This document shows, piece after piece, positions 41,221-54,229 of a stretch of DNA of 64,000 bases. The stretch spans positions 28,768,001-28,832,000 of the forward strand of contig OX597822.1 in NCBI GenBank assembly GCA_951406725.2, given 5' to 3'. The position numbers were made by a program, and so were the translations under genes. The notes beneath the pieces are model-generated. The model ran no database searches. It was given only the letters and a program-made list of their open reading frames with translations, and was not told the origin of the DNA. Source of the DNA: Octopus vulgaris (taxonomy: Eukaryota). Position 1 is the first letter of the stretch. Every line of letters begins with the position of its first letter.

Positions 41221-42005
41221 CTGTTTCCCTGTGAATTTTTTTTATCTTCATGAATTCCAAACACATTATAAATGTGTTATGTAAACATAACACACTCGGG
41301 AACAAAACAAATTAGCCTGATTTAATATCTTAACTATTTTAGTTAGAACTATTTTCAAAGGAGCACTCCGTCGGTTGCGACGACGAGGGTCCCAGCTGAT
41401 ACGATCAACGGAACAGCTTGCTCGTGAAATAAACGTGCAAGTGGCTGAGTACTCCACAAACACGTATTCCCTTAACGTAGTTCACAGAACTATTTTTTTA
41501 TAAGCTTAACGTGCCTTCACGGAACTATTTTATTAAATGCTAAATGTCCATAAAAACACAAGAACATGCAGAAATACGTTTACAAATCAATACAACATAG
41601 CATGACCCTTACTTGTTTTGAGTTAATCATATTTTTTGTGGAAACTCAGATTTTTTAAATTTCATCAAGAATTGAAAATATTATCCCACTCAGATTTCAC
41701 GGTTTCCTAACGTTCATGACCACTGCGCTTTTTCTTTTACACATTCCTTTAAAAAACACCTAATAGTACCTTTTTTGACGTTTTAAATACTTTTATCACA
41801 TTTTTACTATAAAGAATGGAGTCTAAAACAACTCTGCTATTCATTTTGTATAATTGCAATTCTAATTTTCCGTGTCTTACTTCAGATATCTATATACGCT
41901 TAAAGATAAAATTTAAAAACCTGAAAATCTTCCGTGTTTCATTATTCTTTATAAAATTGAATGCAACTTTGTAAAACATGCCTTGTTTCTACAAAATGCT
42001 ATTAA

Positions 42006-42588
42006 CCCCTTACCCGGCAGAAACGAATATATGCGTTTTGACCGAAATCGTTTTTTTTCTATCTCTGACGAGTTAACTCGTCAAAAGATAGACTCGCCAA
42101 AATCGACAGCAAACGAGTTCCTTTGTCTATTATAAACTCTTTTTTGACATATACGAGTATATTCGCTAACTTTATACGTCTGGCAGTGACGATTTCTGCC
42201 ACCTTTCGCTTGAGTAAGGCATTGAAGACCGAGTATGATTTAATCACCTGGAGACAGTCGAAGGGTTGGAAGGCACATTTTATGAATAGAAGTATTCACT
42301 TTGTTTTTACGTTGTTTTTTTATACCTTTATATTATAACCCCACCATGTCGATAACCAAATAAAATAACATGATTTTTTGTAAAAGTAATATGATTTATG
42401 AAAAAAACGGGTTAACTCGTTTCTGCCCAAAGCGGTAATTTAAAATCAATATTATTGAATTAAAATTCATAATAAATAAGGTTTGAAATATACCTCGAAA
42501 TCACCATTCAAAACATAGTAAAATAAAACAATTAAAAAATATGTCTGAAAAAATACATTTATTTTCAAAATAATTGTTGGGTAAGGGG
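42006..42588. mobile_element. piggyBac-type MITE
   Basis: TTAA|CCCCTTACCC...GGGTAAGGGG|TTAA (TSDs 42002-42005 and 42589-42592). No coding capacity. Confidence 0.8.
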
Positions 42589-42987
42589 TTAAGAGGGTCA
42601 AAATCGGTAACACAAACAGGACAGTAAAAACAAACAGGAAGGGCTGCTAAGCCTAAATGAGGTTGTGGTAGCGAACGTATATATCAAGCTTGGGACAGGA
42701 GACAAACAAGAACACGTCTTCCTTGTTCCAGCTACAACGGAAAGAAAGAAAGAAAGATGCCCGATGGCCATGTGGGAGCCAGGTGAGCAAGGGAGGAGGA
42801 GTGGGGGAGATAGGGTGACAGAATAATAGGATAGAATAGTGAGAGAAGAGGAGATAAAAGAAAAAGAGAAAGAGAGAAAAACGAAAGAGTAAAAAGATCG
42901 TATAGAGTGCGCATCAGAATTATTAAGATAAAGCTTACTTGGAAGTGGATGCGTGGCGTTCAATCATATAATAATATAAATAATATA

Positions 42988-43092
<105 letters not shown>

Positions 43093-43150
43093 CGTATATG
43101 TACATGCTTACATCTATATGTATGTATATATATATATATATATATTGTAT

Positions 43151-43916
43151 AGAGGGCATTACTACACATAAATGCCACATGCTAGGAGGGACTCTTAAAG
43201 TCAAAACTACTAAAATAAATAAACACATTGTACCGAATGCAACTCTCGAAGCAAGTCATTTAAAAGCAGAATTTAGCTGCAGATCACCGTGACTTCATAA
43301 TCAGTGCAGTGGTGCAATCTTTACTCATCAGTACAAACATGATTCAAGACTTAAAATGAATGAACAAAATCAACATAGCAGATGAACAACCATCGGATCC
43401 AACGTAGTATATAGAAATGTTCACCCCTTACACATCTATGTAAAAGTACTGAATTTTTATTCCGAACAAGCACGTTGTTATCGAAATGTAATTCGAAAAA
43501 GCCCGCCATTTACATAGATGTATAAGGGGTGAACATTTCTATATACTACGTTGGATCCGATGGTTGTTCGTCTGCTATGTTGATTTTGTTCTTTCATTAT
43601 AAATCTTGAATTATGCTTGTACTGATGAATAAAGAGTGCACCACTGCACGGATTATGAAATCACAGTGATCTGCAGCTAAATTCTGTTTTTAAATGATTT
43701 GCTTCGAGAGTTGCATTCGGTACGTTGTGTTTATATATTTTAGTAGTTTTGACTTTAAGAATTCCTCCTAGCGTGTGGCATTTATGTGTAGTAATGCCCT
43801 CTATATAATATAAATAAATATATTTAAGTGAAAGAATTGGTGGATTTTTCTCTTATGAGGTGTTTCACGCTGACTACGTGATAAATTCTTATAAAGATTA
43901 TATCCTTTTTTTAAAT

Positions 43917-43920
<4 letters not shown>
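43151..43920. mobile_element. Fold-back element with ~290-bp arms, a hammerhead in each arm and a 3' tail, in (TA)n
   Basis: 43151-43444 is inverted relative to about 43509-43802. The plus-strand HHR is at 43618-43675. The minus-strand HHR at 43278-43335 has GAAA changed to GAAG. Confidence 0.8.
43618..43675 (+). ncRNA. Type I hammerhead ribozyme motif
   Basis: TGTA-CTGATGA-ATAA-AGA-GTGCA-CCAC-TGCAC-GGA-TTAT-GAAA-TCACAGTGA-TC-TGCA. AUC triplet. Confidence 0.78.
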
Positions 43921-43978
<58 letters not shown>

Positions 43979-44261
43979 TGCATATGTAGGCACAGGTCGT
44001 CATGAAACGTGTACAACAAAAACTACAGAGCACGAGTACATGGAACATAAACTATTCTTCCGAACAACGAAAGACACAAATGGAAAACAAAACAAACAAC
44101 ATAAAGAACGACCCTTCATCAGTTGTTGGCTGTTTTTCTCGTCTCGAATTTCGAGCATTTAACAACAATATACGCTTTCAATAAAACAGTTTGCTCCCGC
44201 AAAGCAACTTAAATAAAATTTAGGATTTTGCGGAGGGTCAAAATTGTTAACACAAATAGGA

Positions 44262-45062
44262 CAGTTAAAACACTTGATGTAGGCCTTCGTGTTGAGTGTG
44301 AGGCCATATGGGAAGATGAATGGAAGCATAACGTCGCCATCACTAGTGATCAATCCAAACACCATGATGTTGACTGAATGGTTGTTTTTTATCACTCTCG
44401 GTATATGTTTAGGGACACGGCAGGCCAACGGTTGTTCTGTGTGTTCACTATCTGATCCTAGCAGAATTTTTTCTAGTCTGAGAAAGACCATAGCATGTTC
44501 AGTTGGAAGGGATGCTTGAGTTTATTCAAAAGCTTCGTAGTGCACTCTTTCCTCTTGTACTTGATGGCTTGGGATAAAAGTTGATGAATACCGAATGTCT
44601 TCATACACTATCTGCCTGATCAGAAACTCAGACACTCCCATGTCCCTAGCGATGGACCTAATTGACATGGAGGGGTCATTGTCAATTATGGCCTGGATCT
44701 CACCAACAAATTCAGGAGTTCTTTTCTTATCAGAACGGTCAGAATGAGTTTTCCGAGCTGCTGTACCTTCGTAATTATCATTAGACTCATGCAACCCCTT
44801 CCCAATCCCCTACACTGTCCTCAGATTGACACCCGAACACTTTGAAATGGTCGTATTGGAGCTTCCGGCGTGAACTCCAAGCAGCACAGCATGTCGTTTC
44901 TAAATTTCTAGCAGAGTGAATTGCATCATGGTGCTGTTTTTCTCTTACAGACAGTGCCCAACTGACCCTACTATATTGTGTAGTCGACAAACTCGAAAAC
45001 AAACAATGCGCATGCACTAAATTAAAAATATAAAATGGCGATAATTTACCAATCGCACTCTA
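44262..45062 (-). mobile_element. Degraded IS630-Tc1-mariner transposase remnant (maT/DD37D-like)
   Basis: Peptides RTPEFV...IDNDPSMSIRSIARDMGVSEFLIRQIV and IMVFGLITSDGDVMLPFIFPYGLTLNTKAYIKC. Confidence 0.75.
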
Positions 45063-45096
45063 TATATACAATAATAATATATCATAATAATGATAC

Positions 45097-45452
45097 ATAT
45101 ACTTCGATTAAAGCAACATTATCTAAACAATTGACTGTAAAATGATGAGCTAACCGGGTTAGAATCGAACCAACTTATTAATGCTAACATGGCTCCTAGA
45201 GCATCCGACTGACCCAGACGCTCACCCAAGTACTTGGGTGAGCGTCTGGGTCAGTACTTCTATCAAATTTTATGTTTAAATACTTAACTCTCTAGTACTA
45301 CACACAATATTTGTTAACAAACCCGGAGACTTGATAAGTTACGGAGAAAAAGAGCCATATTAGCGTTGATGTGTGGATTCGATTCTAGCCTGGGTTAGCT
45401 CATCATTTTTCAGTCAATTGTTTAGATTAATGTTGCTTTAATCGGAGTATAT
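45097..45452. repeat. Fold-back element with ~100-bp outer arms and an internal perfect 48-bp palindrome (45208-45255)
   Basis: ACTGACCCAGACGCTCACCCAAGT|ACTTGGGTGAGCGTCTGGGTCAGT. The outer arms are ATATACTTCGATTAAAGCAAC... and ...GTTGCTTTAATCGGAGTATAT. Confidence 0.8.
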
Positions 45453-45460
45453 ATATTATG

Positions 45461-45845
45461 TGGAAGTGCAATGGCCCAGTGATTAGGGCAGCGGAATCGC
45501 GGTCGTGGGATCGCGGTTTCGATTCCCAAACCGGGCGTTGTGGGTGGTTATTGAGCGAAAACACTTAAAGCTCCATGAGGCTTCAGCAGTGGGTGGTGGT
45601 GAACTCTGCTGTATTCTTTCGCCACAGCTTTCTCTCACTCTTTCTTCCTGTTTCTGTTGTACCTGTATTTCAAAGGGCCAGCCTAGTCACACTCTGTGTC
45701 ACACTGAATATCCCCGAGAACCACGTTAAGGGTACACGTGTCTGTGGAGTGCTCAGCCACTTGCACGTTAATTTCACGAGCAGGCTGTTCCGTTGATCGG
45801 ATCAACTGAAACTCTCGTCATCGTAACCGACGGAGTGCCACGAAA
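45461..45845 (+). mobile_element. tRNA-derived SINE (family B variant)
   Basis: TGGCCCAGTG...GGTTTCGATTCCC head and GAGCGAAAACACTTAAAGCTCCA core. The tail is shared with 41360-41480 (-). Confidence 0.8.
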
Positions 45846-45869
45846 TTATTGTTACGATATATATTTTAG

Positions 45870-47383
45870 ACCGACATGGGATTGGAAAATGTAATAAAAA
45901 TGGAGTAGCTCTTTTCACGTTTTGTACTGAGAATAATCTGAGAATAATCTGGTTGGTACCAACACTTTGTTTAAGCAGAAAAATTAATATAAAACCACCT
46001 GGATGCACCGAAGATCTAAGCACTGGCATCTCATAGATTATATTTTGATCAGAAAGATGTTTCTAGCGTTCGAGCCATGAGAGGAATAGAGAGCTGGACT
46101 GACTATCATCTAGTGCGTGGAAACATTAATTTTTCGTTAATGCCTAAAAGTCGACAGTCTGCTCCTAAAAAGTTAAAAGTTGCAAACTTCAAATTACCAA
46201 GCAACTTGCAAAGACTCCACGGTGCTATAGAAAGTATCAATCTTGATCCAAACAGTCTATGGATAGATTTCAAAACAAAAGTATTTCGGGCTGCAAGTTC
46301 GTCTGTGGGATTTAAATCACGTAAGTCCAGAGACTGGTTCTCAGATAAATCAGCAGAAATTCATGATCTACTTTTAGAAAAACAAAACTTAGGCAATACA
46401 CTTCTCTCTCAGTCCTTGAACCCCCAACTCAAACGAAGTATACAGAAAGTTGAAAGGGAAAGTGCAGACTGCTCTAAGGAAAATTAAACGATATATAAAT
46501 AGCAATGCAAAATTGGCTCTTTACAAATCATTTGTTTTACCATCCCTGTTGTATTCTTCTGAAACATAGACATATTATGAAAGACATTTCAAATTGTTAG
46601 AACAATTCCACCAAAAATGCTTTCGTCGCATTTTAAACATTAAATGAAGTTTTGTTTTTACTCCAAACATAGTTGTTCTTGCATCTGCAGGCATCACCTC
46701 AATTAAAGTAATGATTTTGAAAAACCAATTGAGATGGTGTGGCCATATTGTTCGAATGGTGGATGAATGCACATCCAAACAGCTGTTTTACGGTGGTGTT
46801 GCACAAGGGAAACACTATCGGTGTCAACCTAAAAAATGGTTTAAGGACAGCATGAAGTCACTTGGAATGGATCCAGAGAACATAGAAACCCTTGCTTCGG
46901 ATCGAGCTGAATGGTGAACAAAAGTGTGGAGTGTAGTGAAAGCGCATGAAGAGGCCAGGATAACACATGAAAGACTCAAGAGAAATTTAAACAAAAATGT
47001 TACAATCAAGAAGGTGAATCGCAATTACCTTTTTGTGTGCACAGTTTGTGACAGACCATGCCTTTTTTTTTGCTGGGCTCAAATCTCATTTGCAAACCCA
47101 CAGGAAACGAACTTCCACCAACTATTCTTCCTATAGGTCTGTGCACACTTTTCAATGCAATGTATGCCAGATCTGCAAATCTAACGGAGACCTCAAAAGA
47201 CATTTTAAGATCCAAAACGATCAGAACTTAAGTGCAGCACTTGGTGATCCAAATGGGATATGCACTCTACGTGGGTATCTTTTCAGAACACTGTCTGGTT
47301 TAAAAAGCCACATCACACACCATGATGGTTCTAAGGTGTAGATACAGGAGGTGGTCAAACTCTACATAAGGAGTAGACAATCA

Positions 47384-47386
<3 letters not shown>
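45870..47386 (+). mobile_element. Internally deleted, degraded RTE-like LINE with C-terminal C2H2 zinc-finger remnants
   Basis: APE remnants (HLIDYILIR, WTDYHLV), QLRWCGHIVRM...KQLFYG and three CxxC..LKSH/LKRH fingers. The 3' end abuts (TA)n. Confidence 0.75.
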
Positions 47387-47440
<54 letters not shown>

Positions 47441-47446
47441 CTATTT

Positions 47447-48205
47447 ATCAATAAGTATCCGGACTATTCTCATAGTATCGAAGCTAGAGCACGCAGAGTA
47501 AAACCGCTTAGCACAGATTGACCTTGACCTTTGCTGTGCTTGTGCACCACGTTTTAATGTTCCAGCTTACTTCCACTGTTTACAGCAATGCTTGGAAATA
47601 ATGTTGTAACGCATTGATCATGACACAGAAAGCTGTCATGGCGATACCCGCTCAAAGGCCTACGCAAAGTTGCAGAAAGTGTATGGAGAGGAGTGTATGA
47701 GCCGCACACAAGTGTATGAGTGGCTCAGACGCTTCCAAGATGGATGAAGATGTCGATAGTGATGAATGTTCTGGGAAACCCGCAACCAGCAAAACTGAGA
47801 AAAAACAGTGCTGAAATTGCATTCAGCTGGCCAAAGAGACACTCGGGTTTCAGTCGCACAAAATCTCCTTAATCATATCGGGAACGATGAAACCTTTTTG
47901 AAAACTTTCGGTAGGATTCTGGGTAGGTATCGCCTTTTTTTACTTTTTATTTTTATTTTTATAATTTTTTTTTTTTGCAAAATTTGATGCAGATTCTCTG
48001 CTCAAGTTTCTCTGCCATGATCAATGCGACGAACACACACTACACACGTTACTTCCAAGCACTGCTGTAAACAGCGGAAGCGAGCTAAAACATTAAAGCT
48101 GTGCATATACAGCAGAGTACAAGGTAAATCTGTGTTAAGCGGCTTTGCTCTACGTGCTTTAGCTTCATTACTATAGCAACAGTCCGGATACTTATTGATC
48201 AGACC
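47447..48205. mobile_element. Mariner-derived element with long (~190 bp) terminal inverted repeats
   Basis: ATCAATAAGTATCCGGACT...AGTCCGGATACTTATTGAT, with an internal remnant KLQKVYGEECMSRTQVYEWLRRFQDG. Confidence 0.78.
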
Positions 48206-48320
48206 ACTATGTTCGTGTGTGTGTACGTATGTGCATGTGTGTTTGTGCGTATGTGTGTGTGCATGTATGTATGTATGTATGTATGTATGTATGTATGTAT
48301 GCATGCATGTATGTATTTAA

Positions 48321-49345
48321 TAAGGTCATAGATGAAATGAGCAATTCAGGAAAAGAACCCTAATGGGTTCTCAACAGTCCCCTCAAAAGCATATAAACAG
48401 GTTTTAGCTAAACCACTCCAGATACTGTCCCAAAGTTTCTTCGCAAATACCTTTCTCTAACGTTTTAGGGAAAAATTCGAATTTATGCAACATAATAAGC
48501 ATTATTGCATATGTTACATCTATTGCATATCGTGACCCGAATATCCCTAACCACTGATCCACGCGCCTTAACCCTCTGCCTGCTTCCATTACTTCGACTT
48601 CCCCTCGTCCAGTTTCATCCATACAAAACGTGTCGCACCAATTCTTTTTGTTCTACTGTCCCTCAACCAATGACTAGGACTTTTTAAATCATAAATAAAG
48701 ATAATCCTTACCATATTCGAAGTCGTCCCTCCCGCACTTATTATGTTCCCAATAACCCACCCCCGCTTGTCATTTCGCACCCATCTCACGGTTAATCGTC
48801 TTGCCTGCCTCCCACTAACTATTTCACTACATTATTTCTCCGGCATGTCATCTTGCGTTGCGATATCTCCAATTCCTCCAAAAAGATCTAAATCCCACCT
48901 CACTGCCGACCTAACCCCCTTCTCCTTTAAACAACCAACAATCGACAATGATCTGCACCATTTACTGGTCCGTAGCTCCTTTATTCCCTTACATGATTTT
49001 CTGTGTGATTGTGCGTGTGCGTACGTGTGTGTGCGTGTAAGGTGGTGTTAAGCATCTATTACATCGACATAAAAGAGGATATTCAAACAAGGCCGTAGAT
49101 GAAATGAAAAATTCTGCAAAGAACCCTGATGGATCTCAACAACCCTCCAAAAAGCATGTAAACAGGTTTAAACTAAGCCACTCCAGATACTTTCCCAAAG
49201 CTTCTTCGCGAATACCTTCCTCTAAAGTTTTAGGGAAAATTCGAAAAAGAACTGAAAGTAGGTACAGTATGCCCTATTCGTAAAGGAGGAAGCAGTACAG
49301 ATGCTAAGGATTACAAGACTATCTCTCTGATTTTACTTATCAGTG
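48321..49345 (+). mobile_element. Two diverged fragments (48321-48481, 49089-49345) of an old LINE pre-RT region
   Basis: The two fragments are about 160 bp of mutual homology. The second continues into CPIRKGGSSTDAKDYKTISL, which resembles RT domain 0-1. Confidence 0.55.
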
Positions 49346-49556
49346 AGTAATAGAAAAAAATACGTGCGTAACATTAGCCCTGGGCCAGGTTGCCTTGCAC
49401 AGTTCTTGGAGCTCTACATTTTGAGTGCCCAAACATTTATTCAACCATTGCAACGTGAACGTTGTACATCTTGACTTTGAAAACAATCATCAGTCTCGCA
49501 GTAAAAAAAAGTGAAAGGCCAATAATGTAGTTATACCAACATTTAGACAGACAGAC

Positions 49557-49670
<114 letters not shown>

Positions 49671-49714
49671 AGGGAGAGAAATAAAGAGAGAGAGGGAGGG
49701 ATGAAGCTATTTTC

Positions 49715-49786
49715 TCCCATGTAGTCTAGTGGTTAGGATTCCTGGCTTTCACCCAGGCGAGCCAGGTTCGATTCCCAGCATAGGAA
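49715..49786 (+). tRNA. tRNA-Glu(TTC), probably a pseudogene
   Basis: TCCCATGTAGTCTAGTGGTTAGGATTCCTGGCTTTCACCCAGGCGAGCCAGGTTCGATTCCCAGCATAGGAA matches animal tRNA-Glu. It has one acceptor-stem and two T-stem mismatches. TTTT follows downstream. Confidence 0.8.
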
Positions 49787-49851
49787 CGCATTCTTTTCTC
49801 TGTGGTACTCTAGCATGACCGCAACTGTAAGACTGAAACGAGTAAAAGAGT

Positions 49852-49938
<87 letters not shown>

Positions 49939-50099
49939 TATTATTCCATTTTATGCATGCAGACAAAACTTGGGCCTTAATCTTGTTAAAGGGTTATTTT
50001 TTTTCCTTTCAAATTATAGTATATTCATTGTTTAAAGCAACTAGCCATGCTGCGAACACCAAAAGCAAGAGTGCTCTGATTTTCAGAGAGGGTGTATTG

Positions 50100-50460
50100 T
50101 GGGTCAGTCTGAGAGCAGACTTAGCCAACGTATGATTGCACAAAACCTTGGGATTATTCGTGTCACAATCAACAGAGCGATTGTGCAATTCACCAGTAAA
50201 GGAAAGGAATTAACGTCATCCTGATTAGGTCAGGCTTAACTCAATGGCAGTTATCTCCAGGCTGTCAAGCCAGCTGATCGTTGAAAATAATCCACGTTAT
50301 GCAACAGCTTATCTTGCAGAAGAACTCCAAATGAGTCGGGGGTACTTTTGTGCGGTATCTCCATCAACTTGACTACAATAGCAATGCAGCTAGAAGGAAA
50401 CCTCTTCTTCGACCAGCAAATATCCAAAGAAGAAAAAAGGAATAAATCCTTCAAAAATGA
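50100..50460 (+). mobile_element. Possible Tc1 transposase N-terminal remnant
   Basis: [24 protein letters not shown] resembles a paired-like HTH. Heavily decayed. Confidence 0.4.
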
Positions 50461-50470
50461 TTGTGCTGTA

Positions 50471-50524
<54 letters not shown>

Positions 50525-50537
50525 TGTGTGTGTGTGT

Positions 50538-50701
50538 GAAATATAACGTGTCTTGAATGGCACAACAATACAGAGTGAACTATAATAACTGCTATAATTT
50601 AATTATTCATAGTCTGATATAATATTATCAGATTATGAATAATTAAATAACAATTATAGTCTACTCTGCATTGTTGTACCATACAAGACACGTTATATTT
50701 C
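50538..50701. repeat. Imperfect 164-bp hairpin
   Basis: GAAATATAACGTGTCTTG...CAAGACACGTTATATTTC with a central TTCATAGTCTGATA..TATCAGATTATGAA. Confidence 0.75.
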
Positions 50702-50719
50702 CCAAACAATACACAATGC

Positions 50720-50998
50720 TTCCAGCGATGTTGTTACACATCGCTGGTCTCAATGCGTTCGCATTGTTTTAGCCTTCGAATGACGCCACCCCGCTGGCTA
50801 AGCGAGCAGGCCAACAGAAGAAAGAGTGAGAGAAAGAGTGGTGAAAGAGTACAGCAGGGATCACCACCCTCTGCCGGAGCCTCGTGGAGCTTTTAGGTGT
50901 TTTCGCTCAATAAACACTCATAACGCCCGGTCTGGGAATCGAAACCGCGATCCTGCGACCTCGAGTCCGCTGCCCTAAACACTAGGCCATTGCGCCTC

Positions 50999-51000
<2 letters not shown>
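50720..51000 (-). mobile_element. tRNA-derived SINE (family B)
   Basis: Reverse complement TGGAGGCGCAATGGCCTAGTG...GGTTTCGATTCCC. The tail is shared with 19915-20030. Confidence 0.85.
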
Positions 51001-51029
<29 letters not shown>

Positions 51030-51035
<6 letters not shown>

Positions 51036-51310
51036 AAAACGGTAAGATAACAAAAGAAAGAAAGAGACCTCAATATTATGTAAATAGAGGAAATTTATCT
51101 ATACAATATGTTACATTACTCGGTAGTCAAAATAAAACTCTGAGTTTCAGATGCCGAAGTGGAAATCCACAACACCATCTCTTCGGTTATCTGGCTAATT
51201 GAACGTTTTCAAATAGCCAGATAAACGAAGAGATGGTGTTGTGGATTTCCACTTCGGCATCTGAAACTCAGAGTTTTATCTTGACTACCGAGTAATGTAA
51301 CATATTGTAT

Positions 51311-51315
<5 letters not shown>
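51030..51315. mobile_element. Fold-back element with a C4-variant hammerhead-like motif in each arm (about 51130-51192 -, 51219-51281 +)
   Basis: Near-perfect inverted arms 51097-51314. Motif AGATAA-(C/A)CGAAGA-GATG...CATCT-GAAA-CTCAGAG-TT-TTATCT. Confidence 0.7.
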
Positions 51316-51371
<56 letters not shown>

Positions 51372-51374
<3 letters not shown>

Positions 51375-53467
51375 AGGAAAATTTTTTTTTAAAATGCAGA
51401 ATGCTCAAATGAAAGAAAATTTTAATAAAATGAGAAAAATGATAAAATTATTCAACCGGTTTTCGTCATTGTATGACTTGTCAAGAATATTTATGTTTTA
51501 AGAAGTTTTTTTAAAAATTAGAAAGGGGAAAAAAAGAAAATTGCATTGTTTTTTGTAAAAGAATAATGATAAAAATGTACAAAAATTAAAAAACTGGAAA
51601 AGGTATTTAGATGATTGTTTCATCATATGGAAAGAACCTTATGAAAAACTCCTGGAATTCAAAACCATACTAAACAACATACATCCCAACATCCAATTCA
51701 CTATGGAATTAAGCAAACATCATCTCCCATTCCTTGATCTCCTAATTATAAAAACACCTAAGAACCAAATCATAACAGACATCTACCACAAACCTACAGA
51801 CTCACAACAATACCTCCTCTTTAGTTCATGCCACCCAAAACACACCAAGACAAATATCCCTTTCAATTTAGCTAAAAGGGTATGCACCATTGTCTCGGAT
51901 CCAAAAACACGAGAAATACGCCTTCAAGACCTCAAAAAAACACTATTACAACGTCAATATCCCTCCACCCTTATAGAGTATGGAATAAAACGCGCCAAAG
52001 AACTAGACAACACTACACTGAAAACCACCCAACCTAACACCACACACAACCTCAAAATACTTCCATACATTTCCACCCACAACCCCAAAAATATCGAAGC
52101 ATACACCACAATCATACAAAACCTCAGTCTACTGTCAACAGACCCAAAAATGAAAAACATTATAAATACACACAAAATCCTCAAATGCAAAAGGCAACAC
52201 AAATCTTTAAAAAAACTCTTGACAAATGCCAAACTTCACACACCACATCCACCCCCAACAGTAAAAAAATGTGCACGCTCAAACTGTGGTACCTGCCCCT
52301 TTCTACTTGAAGGCTCTGAATTTACCTTCAAACAAGGTACGAAGTTTAAAATCAAGACTAACTTCTCCTGTTCCTCCGAGAACCTTATCTACGTTCTCAC
52401 ATGCGCTGGTTGCCAACATAATTATGTTGGACAAACGAGTCTCCCGTTACGTAAACGGTGCGAACAAATAAAGAATACCGACAAATTCCACTGAGTGACC
52501 ACTTAGACTCATGTGCTAAAGACTTAAACAAATTCTATAATTCCCCTTCTACCAATGTAAAGACGGGATCACCACACAGGAGAGAATTAACAAGGAGAAT
52601 CTCTTTATTGAAAAATTCCAAACACAACTTAATATGCAAACTCCTCGTTGATCAAACTTCCTTTCTCTACCTCACTCTTCATGGATGGACTAACACAAAT
52701 ATATAAAGATACCATGCATTCATCACTTCAAGCTAAAACTTATATTCTTTAAATATCATTTTTACTATTGTTGTTATTACTATCATTTTTATTATAAATG
52801 ATATGACAATTTGAAATGCAATTGTCTATGCAGATTTATATTATTAGAAAATAATATAAATAAAGTGTTAAAATCTGAAAGTTAAGTTAACAAGCAATTA
52901 TATAAAAAAGATAATGCAAATGAAGCTAAAATGATAGTTTTATAATTTGGGTTTTATTGAAGAAGTCAAAAGAGTTGTCTCCCCTTACTCACAACACAGG
53001 AACTGAAGAACCAGGACCACAATTACTACTACTTCCTGTCCTGCAAACATGCTGAATTTAACAACACAACACAACACATGCTCTTAATCCCTTTGGATCT
53101 TAACACCTCAAGGTAATTTTTTCGTAAACAACCATAAAACTCAAGATACACAACGAACTCACAATGTATCGGAGAACTTATTTTTTAATTTTTGTACATT
53201 TTTATCATTATTCTTTTACAAAAAACAATGCAATTTTCTTTTTTTCCCCTTTCTAATTTTTAAAATAACTTCTTAAAACATAAATATTCTTGACAAGTCA
53301 TACAATGACGAAAACCGGTTGAATAAAAATATATATTTATATATTTTCTCATTTTCTCATTTTATTAAAATTTTCTTTCATTTGAGCATTCTGCATTTTT
53401 AAAAAAATTTTTCCTTACTTATCATTTCTCCACGTGCGGTCAACACAACCCCACCATTTATTGATCT
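51372..53467 (+). mobile_element. Second copy of the 33-36 kb Penelope family: short inverted terminus (51372-51590), then a 5'-truncated sense copy with tail
   Basis: ORF 51703-52494 is identical to part of ORF 33786-34985 until small deletions in the GIY-YIG region. It has the same tail ...CCCCACCATTTATTGATC(TA)n. Confidence 0.92.
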
Positions 53468-53489
53468 ATATATATATATATATATATAT

Positions 53490-54209
<720 letters not shown>

Positions 54210-54229
54210 ATACATATATATATATAACA

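Noticed and set aside
42066-42083. CTGACGA followed by a hairpin, as a possible hammerhead
   Set aside because: It is an 18-bp palindrome (TGACGAGTTAACTCGTCA) inside the piggyBac MITE, with no GAAA, stem III or stem I.
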